DNA of 64,000 nt, taken from contig JBMNHG010000008.1 of assembly GCA_050950285.1 (NCBI GenBank), positions 744,001 to 808,000 on the forward strand, given 5' to 3'. Origin of the DNA: Kiritimatiellia bacterium (GTDB lineage: Bacteria; Verrucomicrobiota; Kiritimatiellia; RFP12; JBMNHG01). Of the stretch, positions 26,874 through 37,262 are shown piece after piece. The translations under genes and the position numbers were made by a program. The stretch's first letter is position 1. The number at the start of each line of letters is the position of its first letter. The notes under the pieces are model-generated. The model did no database searches and had not been told where the DNA came from. It saw only the letters and a program-made list of their open reading frames with translations.

Positions 26874-27058
26874 ATTCCCCGCTCGTCGGGTGCAAGCCTT
26901 GCGCCACAGCGGATGCAACATTTCCCGAAAAGAAAGCCAAGAGCCCGACACCCACTCCGGCGAACCCGGCGATATGCTTCGCGACCGCATGGCCAGGTGG
27001 CATGACCGGGCGCACCCGGTCCATGCGCCAGGCTCCGTCCAACCCGGCCGCAGGGGGG

Positions 27059-28677
27059 CTACTGCAACCAGTTGCGCTCCGTCAAGACCCGATAGAAGGT
27101 CATTCCATTGGCTGGGGACGTGTCGATATACAGCAGCGGCGCATCGTTAGACGGCCATCGGGAACTCTCGAAAATCGTGTCGAGCGAGTTGCTGGGCGCA
27201 TGACTCCAAGTCCGCAAATCCATGCTCCGCTCAACCCGGTAGAAGTTGCCGCCTTTCGCGTTCCATCGTATCCAGTTGAATGATTCGAGCCGACCCAAGG
27301 CGATGATACGGAAGATGTCCCCGCTGTCGAGCGGGTTCGTTGCCGCCTGAATCTCTTGGCCGTCCAAGGCACCGTCACCGTCACTGTCAGGGTTGGACAT
27401 GTCCGTTCCTATGGCGTGCTCCGTTGGGTCGCCGAGGCCGTCCGAGTCGCTGTCCCATTCGAAAACGTGCGCAGAACCGGAACCGATCCCGCCGTCGCCA
27501 TCTCCCTAAACCCCCATCACGATCACATCCCCGGCAGCCGCCACGGGAGAGTCGCACCACGATGGCACGCCGATGACGTCAGGACGCAACACGGCCACTT
27601 GGGTCCATGATCCCGGAACCGCGCTGGAACACGTGGGCCTCGGGGCGCTCGCCCGTGGTGCCGACCACGATGAGATCCCCGGACGCCGCCACGGTGGCGC
27701 CGAAGCCGCTTGCCGTGACAGGCTGGCGTCAGAGTTGCCGTCCTGAACCACGATGCGCCCCGTTTTTCCAGCACATACACGGCGCCCGTTCCGCCGTTTT
27801 TCCCGGGGGCGCCCACGACAATTCGTGTGCCCGACAAAGCTATAGCACTACCGAAGCCATCGCTAGACTGGGCGTCCTCTGGCTGGTATGTTTTAGTCTG
27901 TCGCCAGACTCCTGCGGTCCGCTCGAACACATAGACCTTGCCGATTGCATCTGTAAACATTTCTCCCCCAGCTATGACCACGAGGATATCGCCGTCGAGG
28001 GAAACGGACTGTCCGAAGCGGTCGTTCAACGTTGCATCGTTGGCGCGGAGCGTGGCCTTCTGAGTCCAGGTTCCCCCCTCCAGATCGAAGATGTAGACCG
28101 AACCGGGAGGATCGGTCCACCATCCACGCGGTGTCCCGACCGCAATCGTTTCTCCTGAAATGTCTAGTGATACACCGAAAAGATCCCAGGCTTCTCCATC
28201 CGTAGCCGTCAGTTCGGCGGTATGTTGCCATCCATTGCCTGTTTGTTGGTAGACATGGGCTGAACCGGTATATACATCGTCGCTGGGACCGGTTAATGCG
28301 CACACGATATTCGAGCCGTCAATTGCGACGGCAGACCCGAACCAGTCGTCAGGAAGAGGGCAGGGAGCCTTTAATTTCTGCATTTGAGTCCACAGCCCGT
28401 TCGAGCGGGAGAAGACATAGGCTGCGCCGGCAAACTCGTCGTCGCCGCAAGCACCAATCACCAACGTTTCACGAGATGCCGCCACATCACATCCGAGACG
28501 AAGGTCCGGCTTCAAATCATGAACCCTCAAGTTGAAGCTCGTGTATTCCGCAGCCTCGGATTGTACGGCGCAGGAGAAGATCGACAGGGAGAATCCGAAC
28601 AACAAACCGAGTGGAGTCCGCTTCCTGCCGACCTTCCGAAAGCTTGTGGCGTTGACCCGTTGCCTACATCCCTTCAT
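27059..28677 (-). pseudogene. FG-GAP repeat secreted protein with TSP3-like and Verrucomicrobia-type C-terminal domain, disrupted
   Basis: FGxSV...VGA...G.VYVF repeats continue across two frameshifts (~27720, ~27612) and an in-frame TAG (27506-27508) into DSDSDGLGD...YRVERSMDLRTW...FYRV. Confidence 0.8.
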
Positions 28678-28966
28678 GGTTCCCTATTCCAGAGGATATC
28701 GTCGACGATACCTGCATTCTTGTTCATTCAACATAACGCAAAGCCGACATCGGGACAAGGGTAATCGGGTGGCGAAGGGGCGCGGGAAGCACATGGGATA
28801 TTGGCGGGACGTGGATGGTTTCTCCTCGAGAAGGTAAAGCAGGGGGCGACCATAGGCTTTGTCGCAGCCAGTTGGCAGACGTTGTCGATTCGAATGACGA
28901 CGTGTGGGCCGAAGGCGCAGCCTTTACGCACGCCCCTGTCGTCCGCCGATTGCCCGATCGGCGCGT

Positions 28967-30970
28967 CTACGGCACGCGGACGAGGGCGGCGTGCCAGGCG
29001 GGGATTGGGGGGAGGGTCACGACGATTTCGCCCTGTTTCCAGTCCTTCGCCGGGCAGAGGATTTCCCACGTCGCGTTGTCGGAGAGCATCCCGAGCGGAT
29101 GCGCGGCGTCGTGGCGGACGCGCAGGCGAACGCCTTCCGCCGCGTCGTTGGAGAGGTTGAGCAGCACGGCGGCGGGGCGCCCCTGCGCGTCGCGGCGCGC
29201 CCATACGGCCACGCGATGGAAGCTCGTGATTTGGACGGGCAGGCGATGGCCGGTGACCCAGTCCGCGAGGTTCTGGAGCTGCGTCACCTTCGGGAGGCCC
29301 GCAATCATGTCCCATGGGTAGTAGCCGAGCACGGCGACGCGCCCGCCCAGCGCATTTTCGTAGACGCCTTCGCAGACGCGCGGGTTTTGGCCGGAGAAAT
29401 CCGCGGCTTCGGCGAGGGGGCGCGCGCCGTCGCGCGTGGCCCGGAGGAAGTGGGTCTCCCGAGGCCAGAAAGAAGGCCGGCAGTCGCGTATCCAGCCGGC
29501 GAAGCGGCCGTTGAGCGGGTCGTCGGTGAAGCGTTCGCGCATGTCGGCGGTTTGGCGATCCACGACCTCCCATCCGGTGAGATCCCCCAGTCCGGCGGCG
29601 TTGAGGTACGCGAGGGCGGGTCCGTCGAGGATGACGCCCTTGGAGAGGATTTCGCGCAACTCTTCGGCATTCCATTCGCGGAGGGCATGCGAGGTCAGGA
29701 GCGCGCCCAGCGCGGCGTCGGATCGGCTGGCGGAGGGCGTTCCGAAGCGGCAGAGCCCGGTGACGGCGTTCATGTCGCCGCCCCAGCATCCCCAGCCCGG
29801 CCATTCGCCTTCGGGGACCATGGCCGCGAAATGCAGCGGGGTGAAGGGCGTCCAGAAGCCCTCGCAGGGGGAGCGTCCGCAGGTGGCCACGATCTGCTCG
29901 TGGAAGGGGCGCATCGCCGCGACGGCCTGGAGGAAGGGGAGGGCCTCTTCCGCGGGGTTGCCGCAGATGTCGAGCAGATTCAGCGCCGCGCCGGTGCAGC
30001 CCGCGCCCAGTGCGCCGCTGATTTCGGCGGTGAAGAGGGTGCGGCTCTTGCCGAGGCCCTGGTAGGGGAAGTTCTCGTGCTCGTACTGGACGTCGTGGAG
30101 CGTGTCCGGCAGAAAGGCCATCTGGCGGCCCACGGAGAGCAGCTTGTCGAAGAGTTGCCCGGGAACGTCGTCCAGGTAGAAGCCGCCGCCGGGGCGGTGG
30201 CGGACGGGGAGGCGGCGGGGCCCCGCCATGGCGTCGATCCAGTCGTCGTCGAGGTAGCCGGTGTAGTTGATCTCGGCGGTCATCAGGCCCAGCTCCACGG
30301 TGGGGTCGGACGCGTCGACGGCCTTGCGGATGAGGGCGAGGGTGTCCGTGACGAGGCGGTGGTTGCGCCGGAGCCACTTCCGGCGAAGGGCGAGGCGGTC
30401 GGCGGCCGGCTCGGCCCCGGCGAAGGCGGCGAGGAGGGACTCGCGCGTCCATTCGCGCCCCGTCTCGGCGGAGAACTCCTCGAGGCATCGGGGGCAGAAG
30501 CAGGCGAAGGAGACAAACGGGGCGTGCGACTCCAGCCGAAGGTCGTCGTCCACCCAGATGAAGTCGGGATGGGCGGCGGCGAGAAGGGTGTAGGAGTCGC
30601 GGATGTAGCCCTTCACGTCCGGGTCGGCGGGGCAGTAGCATCCTGCCGAGACCGCGCCCGACTTGTCCACCAGGCGCTGCCACGGTTCGGCGAGGGCGTT
30701 CGGTGCGTTCTCCTCGAGGTGGCCGATGGTGGGCAGGTGGTTGATGCCGGCGGAGAGGCCGCGCGCCTTGAAGACGGGGAGCACCTCGGCGGCCTGGGCG
30801 GCGCGCCGCTTGAGTTCGTCCAGCGGCATGGGCGTGTGGGTGTACGCGGTGAAGAGAGCGACCTCCTCGAAAAGTCCCGGAACGCAGTCGAGCGTTTCGA
30901 GAAGATTCTGCAGGCGGGCCGGTTCGCTCCATGTCGGGTAGTGGATGCGCAACGATGCCTTGTAGCTCAT
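28967..30970 (-). CDS. Putative glycoside-hydrolase-like TIM-barrel protein (family unassigned)
   Basis: GCYCP, PDFIWVDDDLRL, CFCPRC metal-binding motif and RPGGGFY, followed by a possible GATase-like trimerisation region. High-GC codon usage. Confidence 0.6.
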   Translation of the reverse strand: MSYKASLRIHYPTWSEPARLQNLLETLDCVPGLFEEVALFTAYTHTPMPLDELKRRAAQAAEVLPVFKARGLSAGINHLPTIGHLEENAPNALAEPWQRLVDKSGAVSAGCYCPADPDVKGYIRDSYTLLAAAHPDFIWVDDDLRLESHAPFVSFACFCPRCLEEFSAETGREWTRESLLAAFAGAEPAADRLALRRKWLRRNHRLVTDTLALIRKAVDASDPTVELGLMTAEINYTGYLDDDWIDAMAGPRRLPVRHRPGGGFYLDDVPGQLFDKLLSVGRQMAFLPDTLHDVQYEHENFPYQGLGKSRTLFTAEISGALGAGCTGAALNLLDICGNPAEEALPFLQAVAAMRPFHEQIVATCGRSPCEGFWTPFTPLHFAAMVPEGEWPGWGCWGGDMNAVTGLCRFGTPSASRSDAALGALLTSHALREWNAEELREILSKGVILDGPALAYLNAAGLGDLTGWEVVDRQTADMRERFTDDPLNGRFAGWIRDCRPSFWPRETHFLRATRDGARPLAEAADFSGQNPRVCEGVYENALGGRVAVLGYYPWDMIAGLPKVTQLQNLADWVTGHRLPVQITSFHRVAVWARRDAQGRPAAVLLNLSNDAAEGVRLRVRHDAAHPLGMLSDNATWEILCPAKDWKQGEIVVTLPPIPAWHAALVRVP

Positions 30971-30977
30971 GCCCCTT

Positions 30978-31006
30978 ATTATGCACGGGCGACCCCCCGG
31001 CATCAA
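30978..31006 (-). promoter_or_regulatory. Putative promoter giving a leaderless transcript
   Basis: TTGATG-17nt-CATAAT, 7 nt before ATG 30970. Confidence 0.6.
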
Positions 31007-31353
31007 GCCCGGGAGGAGGCGGAGGAGTTGGCGGGCGCGTCTGTCGCGTCTATCGCGACTGTAATAAGGGTGTTTGCGCCCATGGCTCCGGTATGCTACA
31101 GTTGCCTCACGGTGCCGCGCGGGGTGCATCCGCCGATGCGCGCGTCCACCAGCCGGGGATCAGGATGCTGGTCTTTGCCGGCCTCATCAGGCGCCCTCCT
31201 TCACCTGGCAGCGGTATCCTGGGCAGGTCGCAGGGCATGGGCGAGGTTTATGGATTGGGGGTGAGGCCCTGGAGGTGGACGAAGCCGCCTCCGACGGCGG
31301 TCCAGGCGGATTCGTTCTTCCAGTCGATTTTCATGGCTTGTCCTTGTGGTGCT

Positions 31354-31412
31354 CTTGCAAAGCCCGCCGGGGGACGGCGGCCCCCAGGGGCAAGGGGTTT
31401 TGCAAGCGCCTC
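31354..31412. repeat. REP/MITE-like element, copy 1 (related to 60720-60850)
   Basis: Ends CTTGCAAA...TTTGCAAG; the reverse complement matches ~50 bp at 60720-60769. Confidence 0.7.
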
Positions 31413-31557
31413 GTTCTATTGGAGGCTGATGGGTGTTTCCGTCACATCTCCGGAAAACGTACCGCGACCCGCTCCGATCGACGTCCTGCGTCCCCTGCGG
31501 ATGCCGGGGGCGCAGTTGCTGTGTCAATTCACAGGCTTCCGCCGGACGCTTTCGCCG

Positions 31558-31587
31558 TTGCAGGGGGGAGCCGCCCTTTCGTATACT
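31558..31587 (+). promoter_or_regulatory. Putative promoter giving a leaderless transcript
   Basis: TTGCAG-18nt-TATACT, 7 nt before ATG 31595. Confidence 0.6.
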
Positions 31588-31594
31588 ATCTCCC

Positions 31595-33472
31595 ATGCGT
31601 ACGATCCCCTTGATTCCGCTTGCCTTGCTTTGCGCCGCGCTTTCCATCCCTGCTTTCGCGCAGGATGGGGCGGAAGCCCCCGTGGCGGAGGACGGCATGG
31701 AAGGAGTGGCGGTGGACGCCGCTCCGCCCGCCGTCGACGGAGAGACGAGGAGTGGCGACGATCTCTTCTTCCCGACGTCCAACTGGCGCGACGCGCCCGA
31801 TCCGATCGCCAGTCCCGACGCGTTGCCTGGCGGCGAGATCCGCATCGCCGGACCCCAGCCCCCGAAGAGCCTCAACGCCTACCTCGACAACAACACCTTT
31901 TCCGCGCAGGTCTTCGGTTCGCTGTATGAGACGCTCCTCTGGGCGGATCCGATCACCAGCGACTATACGCCCGGCCTCGCGAAGTCCTGGACCCTCTCCG
32001 CGGACAAGAAGGTCTTCACCTTCACGCTCGACGAACTCGCGCGCTGGAGCGACGGGCGCCCGGTCACCGCCGAAGACGTCAAGTGGACGTTTGACCGGCT
32101 GATGGATCCCGCCAGCCAGACCGGGCCCATCAAGGTGATCCTCCAGACCTTCACGAACACGCCGCCTGAAATCCTCGGCGAGCGGACCATCCGGTTCACC
32201 GCCTCGGAGGTGCACTGGCGCAACCTCGGCGCCATCGGCGGTTTCGAGATCCTTCCGAAGCACGACTTCGAGGGGACGGACTTCAACAAGATCAACTTCC
32301 ACTTCCCCGTGGTTTCAGGGCCCTACGCCATGGGCTCCATCCGGGAGGGCGTGGAACTCCGCCTCGAGCGGCGCGACGACTGGTGGGCCCGCGCCCGCAC
32401 CTCCACGCGCGGCACCTGGAACTTCCAGACCATCGTCTACCGCTTCTTCGCCGACCAGGAGAACGCCTTCGAGGCCTTCAAGAAGGGCGAGATCGACGTC
32501 TACCCCGTCTATACCGCCCGCATCTGGGCCAACGAGACGTCCGGCCCGAAGTTCGACACCAACTGGATCGTGCGCCGCATCGTGACCAACCACCGCCCGG
32601 TCGGCTTCCAGGGCTTCGCCATGAACCTCCGCCGCCCGCCCTTCGACGACGTCCGGGTGCGCCGCGCCATGGCCTACGCGCTCGACCGCGAAACGCTCAA
32701 CAAGACCCTCATGCACAGCGCCTACTTCCTGCACAAGTCCTACTACGAGGATCTCTACGGACGGTTCCATCCCTGCGACAACACCGAGTACGACTTCGAC
32801 AAGGACAAGGCCCGCGCCCTCTTCGCCGAGGCAGGCTACGAGCCCGATCCCGCCACCGGGATGCTCGGCAAAAACGGCGTGCCGCTTTCCTTCTCCTTCC
32901 TCACCCGCGACGCCTCCACCGACAAGTTCCTCGCCCCCTACTCCGAAGCCCTCAAGGACATCGGCGTGGAGATGCGCATCGAGCGGAAGGACTGGGCCGC
33001 CTGGACGCGCGACATGGACGCCTACAACTTCGACATGACCTGGGCGGCGTGGTCTTCCGGCATCTTCAAGGATCCCGAGGGCATGTGGTCCTCCGCCGAG
33101 GCCGACCGTCCGGGCGGGAACAACATCACCGGCTTCCGGAGCCCGGACGTGGACGAACTCATCGAGAAGCAGAAGTCCATCTTCGACCCGGGCGAACGCA
33201 ACGACATCTGCCGGCTGATCGACGCGATCGTCACCGACCAGGTGCCCTACGTGCTGCTCTGGAACACGAAAACCACGCGCCTGCTCTATTGGGACAAGTT
33301 CGGGATGCCGCCCACCGTGCTTTCCAAGTACGGCGACGAACGCTCCCTGCTCGCCTATTGGTGGTTCGACGCCGATTCCCAGGCCGACCTCGAGGCCGCG
33401 ATGGCCGTCGGCGAGGCGCTCCCGCCGCGGCCGGACGTGATCGATTTCGACACGATCTTCTCCGCCCCGTAA
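31595..33472 (+). CDS. ABC transporter peptide-binding protein (family 5, YejA-like)
   Basis: Signal peptide; LYETLL, LAKSW, ARWSDGRPVTAEDVKWTF, SGPY, NLRRPPFDDVRVRRAM and YWDKFG. Confidence 0.88.
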   Translation: MRTIPLIPLALLCAALSIPAFAQDGAEAPVAEDGMEGVAVDAAPPAVDGETRSGDDLFFPTSNWRDAPDPIASPDALPGGEIRIAGPQPPKSLNAYLDNNTFSAQVFGSLYETLLWADPITSDYTPGLAKSWTLSADKKVFTFTLDELARWSDGRPVTAEDVKWTFDRLMDPASQTGPIKVILQTFTNTPPEILGERTIRFTASEVHWRNLGAIGGFEILPKHDFEGTDFNKINFHFPVVSGPYAMGSIREGVELRLERRDDWWARARTSTRGTWNFQTIVYRFFADQENAFEAFKKGEIDVYPVYTARIWANETSGPKFDTNWIVRRIVTNHRPVGFQGFAMNLRRPPFDDVRVRRAMAYALDRETLNKTLMHSAYFLHKSYYEDLYGRFHPCDNTEYDFDKDKARALFAEAGYEPDPATGMLGKNGVPLSFSFLTRDASTDKFLAPYSEALKDIGVEMRIERKDWAAWTRDMDAYNFDMTWAAWSSGIFKDPEGMWSSAEADRPGGNNITGFRSPDVDELIEKQKSIFDPGERNDICRLIDAIVTDQVPYVLLWNTKTTRLLYWDKFGMPPTVLSKYGDERSLLAYWWFDADSQADLEAAMAVGEALPPRPDVIDFDTIFSAP

Positions 33473-33474
33473 CG

Positions 33475-34506
33475 ATGGACCGCAAAGGCTATCTCCTCCG
33501 GCGCCTCCTTCTCGCGGTTCCGACCTTCCTCGGGATCACGCTGGCGTGCTTCGCCCTCACGCGGATGCTGCCGGGCGGGCCGGTGGAGATCCGCCTCGCC
33601 CGGATGCGCGCCATCGGGGGCGAAGGCGGCGCCACGGCGGCCCGCGTGGCGGCGGTCACCGAAGCGCAGCGGGACGAACTGAACCGCCAGTTCGGCTTCG
33701 ACCGCCCCTTCCTCGAGCAGTACGCCCGCTGGCTCGTGCACGACCGGATGGGGTTGCGCATGGCCTCGTACGACTATCCGAACCGTACGGCCTGGGACCT
33801 GATCCGCTCGCGCTTCCCGGTCTCCCTCTCCTTCGGCATCACGGGCGCGCTGCTCAGCTATCTCATCTGCATCCCCCTCGGCATCGCCAAGGCGCTGCGC
33901 CACGGATCGCGCTTCGACGCCGTGTCGAGCCTGCTGGTCTTCGCCGGCTACGCGCTTCCCTCCTTCGCGGCGGGCATGATCCTGAAGACGCTCTTCTGCG
34001 GCACGGTGGACGGCCTGTGGGACTGGTTCCCCCTGGGCGGGCTCTCCTCGCTCGAAGAAGGCCCGTGGTGGCGGATCTGGGCCGATCGCGCCCGCCACAT
34101 GGCGCTTCCGGTGCTCTGCTACGTGATGGGCAACTTCGCCGTGCTCACGCTGATGATGAAGAACTCGCTCCTGGACCAGGTGGGCGCGGACTATATCCGG
34201 ACCGTTCTCGCGAAGGGGGCGTCCACGCGGCGCGCCATGTGGGGGCACGCCCTCCGCAACGCGCTCATCCCCATCGCCACGGGCTTCGGCTCGCTGCTGA
34301 TGGTGCTCTTCGCGGGTTCGGTCGTGATCGAGCGCATCTTCGAGATCCCCGGCATGGGCCTCCTGAGCCTGTCGGCGCTGGAAGGCCGCGACTACGCGGT
34401 CTTCATGGCGATTCTCTCCCTCACCGCCACCCTGCAGCTGCTCGGCAACCTTCTCTCCGACCTCTGCTACATGTGGATCGACCCGAGGATCCACTTCGGG
34501 GAATGA
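33475..34506 (+). CDS. ABC transporter permease (YejB/DppB-like)
   Basis: YLLRRLLLAVPT, PGGPVE, DYIRTVLAKG, HALRNA and IDPRIHF. Confidence 0.9.
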   Translation: MDRKGYLLRRLLLAVPTFLGITLACFALTRMLPGGPVEIRLARMRAIGGEGGATAARVAAVTEAQRDELNRQFGFDRPFLEQYARWLVHDRMGLRMASYDYPNRTAWDLIRSRFPVSLSFGITGALLSYLICIPLGIAKALRHGSRFDAVSSLLVFAGYALPSFAAGMILKTLFCGTVDGLWDWFPLGGLSSLEEGPWWRIWADRARHMALPVLCYVMGNFAVLTLMMKNSLLDQVGADYIRTVLAKGASTRRAMWGHALRNALIPIATGFGSLLMVLFAGSVVIERIFEIPGMGLLSLSALEGRDYAVFMAILSLTATLQLLGNLLSDLCYMWIDPRIHFGE

Positions 34507-34528
34507 CGGGGGCGACGGGCGTCCGGCG

Positions 34529-35809
34529 TCAATCCGGCGTCTTGCGGACGACCCGCCTGGCCTTCCCTTCGGTGCGCGGGAGGGCGCCCACGGGGAAGAC
34601 CTCGCCCTTCGGCAGGAAGCCAAGGCGATTGCGGAGGTGCTTCGCCACCATGTGTCCGGTGACGCCCGGCTCGGCTTCGACGTGGACGGTGATGTCCGTC
34701 AGGCCGTTCTTCTCTTCGAGGAGGATCTGGAACTCGTCCTTCACGCCCGGGATTTCCATGAGGGCCTGTTCGACCTGGCGCGGGTAGAAGTTCACGCCCT
34801 TGACGATGAGCATGTCGTCCGTGCGCCCGGTGATGCGGTCGATGCGCAGCGAGGTGCGCCCGCAGGCGCATCGTTCTCGGCTGAGGATGCGCGAGATGTC
34901 ATGGGTGCGGTAGCGGAGGATGGGCATCGCCTCGCGGGCGAGGGAGGTGAAGACCAGTTCGCCGTGCCCGCCGTCGGGCACGGGTGCGCCGGTGGCGGGG
35001 TCGATCACCTCGGTGATGTACTGGTCTTCCCACACGTGGATGCCCTCGTGGGCCTTGCAGTCCATTCCGGTGGTGCCGATGCCGCCGGTCTCGGTCATCC
35101 CGTAGATGTCGAAGCACTCGATGTCCAGGCGCCGCTCGATCTTCCGGCGCATCTCGTCCGAGAAGGTCTCCGAGCCGAAGATGCCGACGCGGAGGGAGGG
35201 GAGGTCGTGGCGGCCGGAGGGATCGGCGTCGAGCTTCTCGATCAGGCGCGGAACGTAGCTCACGACGCTGCAGAAGCCCTTCACGTCGAAGTCGCGCATG
35301 AGCTTGATCTGGCGCTCGGTGTTGCCGGAGGAGGCGGGCACGCAGAAGAGTCCGGCGGCGCGGCAGCCGTGGTAGCAGCCGAAGCCGCCGTTGAAGAGCC
35401 CGAAGGTGGGCATCACCTGGAAGGCGTCGCCCGGGCCGAGCCCGGCCATCACGAGGCAGCGGGCCATGCAGTCCGCCCACTGGTCGAGGTCGTGCCGGGT
35501 GTAGGCCATCACGACGGGTGTCCCGGTGGAGCCGGAGGACTGGTGGAATTCGAGCAACTCCTCGCGCGGCACGGTGGACATCGCAAGCGGATAGGCGTTG
35601 CGGAAATCGTCCTTGGTCATGAAGGGGATCTTCGAAAGATCGTCCAGCGAGGCGATTTCGCGCGGATCCTCCAGCCCGCGGGACATCAGGAGCCGGCGGG
35701 TCCAGTCGTTCGACCAGACGCGCTGGAGGGAGTTGCGAAGGCCCTGGAGCTGGAGGGCGGCGAGTTCGTCGCGGGAGAAAGTTTCCGCGGGATGATGGTA
35801 GTCTTTCAT
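34529..35809 (-). CDS. paaK: Phenylacetate--CoA ligase family protein
   Basis: HQSSGSTGTP, DIYGMTE, MPILRYRTHD and GRTDDMLIVKGVNFYP. Confidence 0.88.
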   Translation of the reverse strand: MKDYHHPAETFSRDELAALQLQGLRNSLQRVWSNDWTRRLLMSRGLEDPREIASLDDLSKIPFMTKDDFRNAYPLAMSTVPREELLEFHQSSGSTGTPVVMAYTRHDLDQWADCMARCLVMAGLGPGDAFQVMPTFGLFNGGFGCYHGCRAAGLFCVPASSGNTERQIKLMRDFDVKGFCSVVSYVPRLIEKLDADPSGRHDLPSLRVGIFGSETFSDEMRRKIERRLDIECFDIYGMTETGGIGTTGMDCKAHEGIHVWEDQYITEVIDPATGAPVPDGGHGELVFTSLAREAMPILRYRTHDISRILSRERCACGRTSLRIDRITGRTDDMLIVKGVNFYPRQVEQALMEIPGVKDEFQILLEEKNGLTDITVHVEAEPGVTGHMVAKHLRNRLGFLPKGEVFPVGALPRTEGKARRVVRKTPD

Positions 35810-35969
35810 GTCACGGTCTCTTTCGGCAGAAACATACCGATAGCATGCCGCGCAGGGGCAGGCGAAGGTTTTTTTTTCGACCGGCCGTTCCGGAAGGGGG
35901 TACCGCCTTGCGTGCGGCGGCCTGGTTTCGTCCGTTCCGCCGGGCCCCTTTCGCGGCATGCCGCCGGGG

Positions 35970-37055
35970 CTAGAACTGGTCCCGGTAGTAGTCCTTGATC
36001 CGGCTTTCGAAGCCGAAGGTCGACGCGATGAGGGCGGCGCGGATCCACATCCCATTGCGCATCTGGCGCCAGTACATGGCGCGGGGGTCGTTGTCGACCT
36101 CCTTGGAGATTTCGTCTCGGCGCGGCAGGGGGTGCATGATGATGCTGGTGGGGGAGAGGAGCTGGAGTTCCTCGGGTCCGATGTGGAAGTGCGAGGTGTC
36201 GATGGCCTTGCTTTCTCCTGCGGTGGCATCCCACTCGTCCTGGATGCGGGTCATGTAGACGGCGTCCGCGCCGGGGAGTTCTTCGCGCAGGTTGTCGGAG
36301 AGGGCGAAATCCACGTGGCTCCGCCGGAGGAGGTCCTGGATATCCTCGCCGAGCTGGAGCGCGGCGGGGGCCACGAAGCGCTGGCGGATGTTCGGGAAGA
36401 GGGTGAGCAGGTAGGAAAGCGAGCGCACGGTGCGGCCGCGCGCGAGATCGCCCACGAACACCACGGTGCAGTCGCGGAGCCCGCCTTTGCGCTCGAAGCT
36501 CCGCAGGAGGGTGTAGATGTCGAGCAGGGCCTGGGTGGGATGCTGGTCCTTGCCGGAGCCGGCGTTGATGATGGGGACGGGGCGGTCGGAGTTGGAGAGC
36601 GTCCAGGCCATGCGCTCGGCGAGCCCCTGTACGGGCGACCGCATGATGATGAGGTCGAAGTACGAGCTGAACGTGCGCACCGAATCCTCGCGGGACTCCC
36701 CCTTGAACTCCGAGGAGATGGCGGAGTCGCGCACTTCGCCGCATTGCAGCCCCAGGATCTGGCAGGCGGAGAGGAAGGAGAGGAAGGTGCGCGAGCTCGG
36801 CTGGGAGAAGTAGAGCATGGCGCGCTTGTGGCCGATCAGCGAGTGGAGGAAGAGGGTGCCGTCCCGGGTCTTCGCGATGGCGCGGATGGCGTTGGCCGTG
36901 GCCGCGAGGGACTCCAGGCGCGCGCGGTCGAACTGCTGGGCGAAGAGGGTGTGGAAGGTTCCGCCGTCGTCGGGGCGGGCCAAATAGGGATTCTTCTCGA
37001 GGAGAGGGAGTTTTTCGAAATCGTCCCAGGAGATATCGATGATTCGCTTGCGCAT
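35970..37055 (-). CDS. pyrB: Aspartate carbamoyltransferase catalytic subunit
   Basis: FSQPSSRT, KGES, INAGSGKDQHPTQALLD, GRTVRSL, YMTRIQ and MHPLPR. Confidence 0.93.
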   Translation of the reverse strand: MRKRIIDISWDDFEKLPLLEKNPYLARPDDGGTFHTLFAQQFDRARLESLAATANAIRAIAKTRDGTLFLHSLIGHKRAMLYFSQPSSRTFLSFLSACQILGLQCGEVRDSAISSEFKGESREDSVRTFSSYFDLIIMRSPVQGLAERMAWTLSNSDRPVPIINAGSGKDQHPTQALLDIYTLLRSFERKGGLRDCTVVFVGDLARGRTVRSLSYLLTLFPNIRQRFVAPAALQLGEDIQDLLRRSHVDFALSDNLREELPGADAVYMTRIQDEWDATAGESKAIDTSHFHIGPEELQLLSPTSIIMHPLPRRDEISKEVDNDPRAMYWRQMRNGMWIRAALIASTFGFESRIKDYYRDQF

Positions 37056-37136
37056 GGGGGGCTCCGCTGTTTAGGCGGATCCGCCAACGTATCCGCCGGG
37101 GCGTAAGGATAACACCCCCGCCCCCTTCACCCGCAA

Positions 37137-37181
37137 GACAAAAAGTCACGGAACCTCTTTGCCGTCGATTCCGTGACTTTC
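37137..37181 (-). terminator. Rho-independent terminator downstream of the tRNA
   Basis: Stem AAAGTCACGGAA/TTCCGTGACTTT followed by a U-run on the minus strand. Confidence 0.65.
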
Positions 37182-37186
37182 GATAC

Positions 37187-37262
37187 TGGTGGAGCGAAGG
37201 GGATTCGAACCCCTGACCCCCACGTTGCGAACGTGATGCTCTACCAACTGAGCTACCGCCCC
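37187..37262 (-). tRNA. tRNA-Ala (anticodon CGC)
   Basis: 76 nt GGGGCGGTAGCTCAGTTGGTAGAGC...TT-CGC-AA...GGTTCGAATCCC...TCCACCA; G3:U70 pair and encoded CCA. Upstream promoter TTGCGG-17-TATACT. Confidence 0.97.

Noticed and set aside
27506..27508. In-frame TAG as pyrrolysine or programmed readthrough
   Set aside because: Two nearby frameshifts point to decay or sequence error, and TAG is used as a normal stop by other genes in the window.
37187..37262. tRNA as an integration site for a genomic island
   Set aside because: No integrase nearby and no duplicated tRNA 3' end noticed; the flanks are housekeeping genes.
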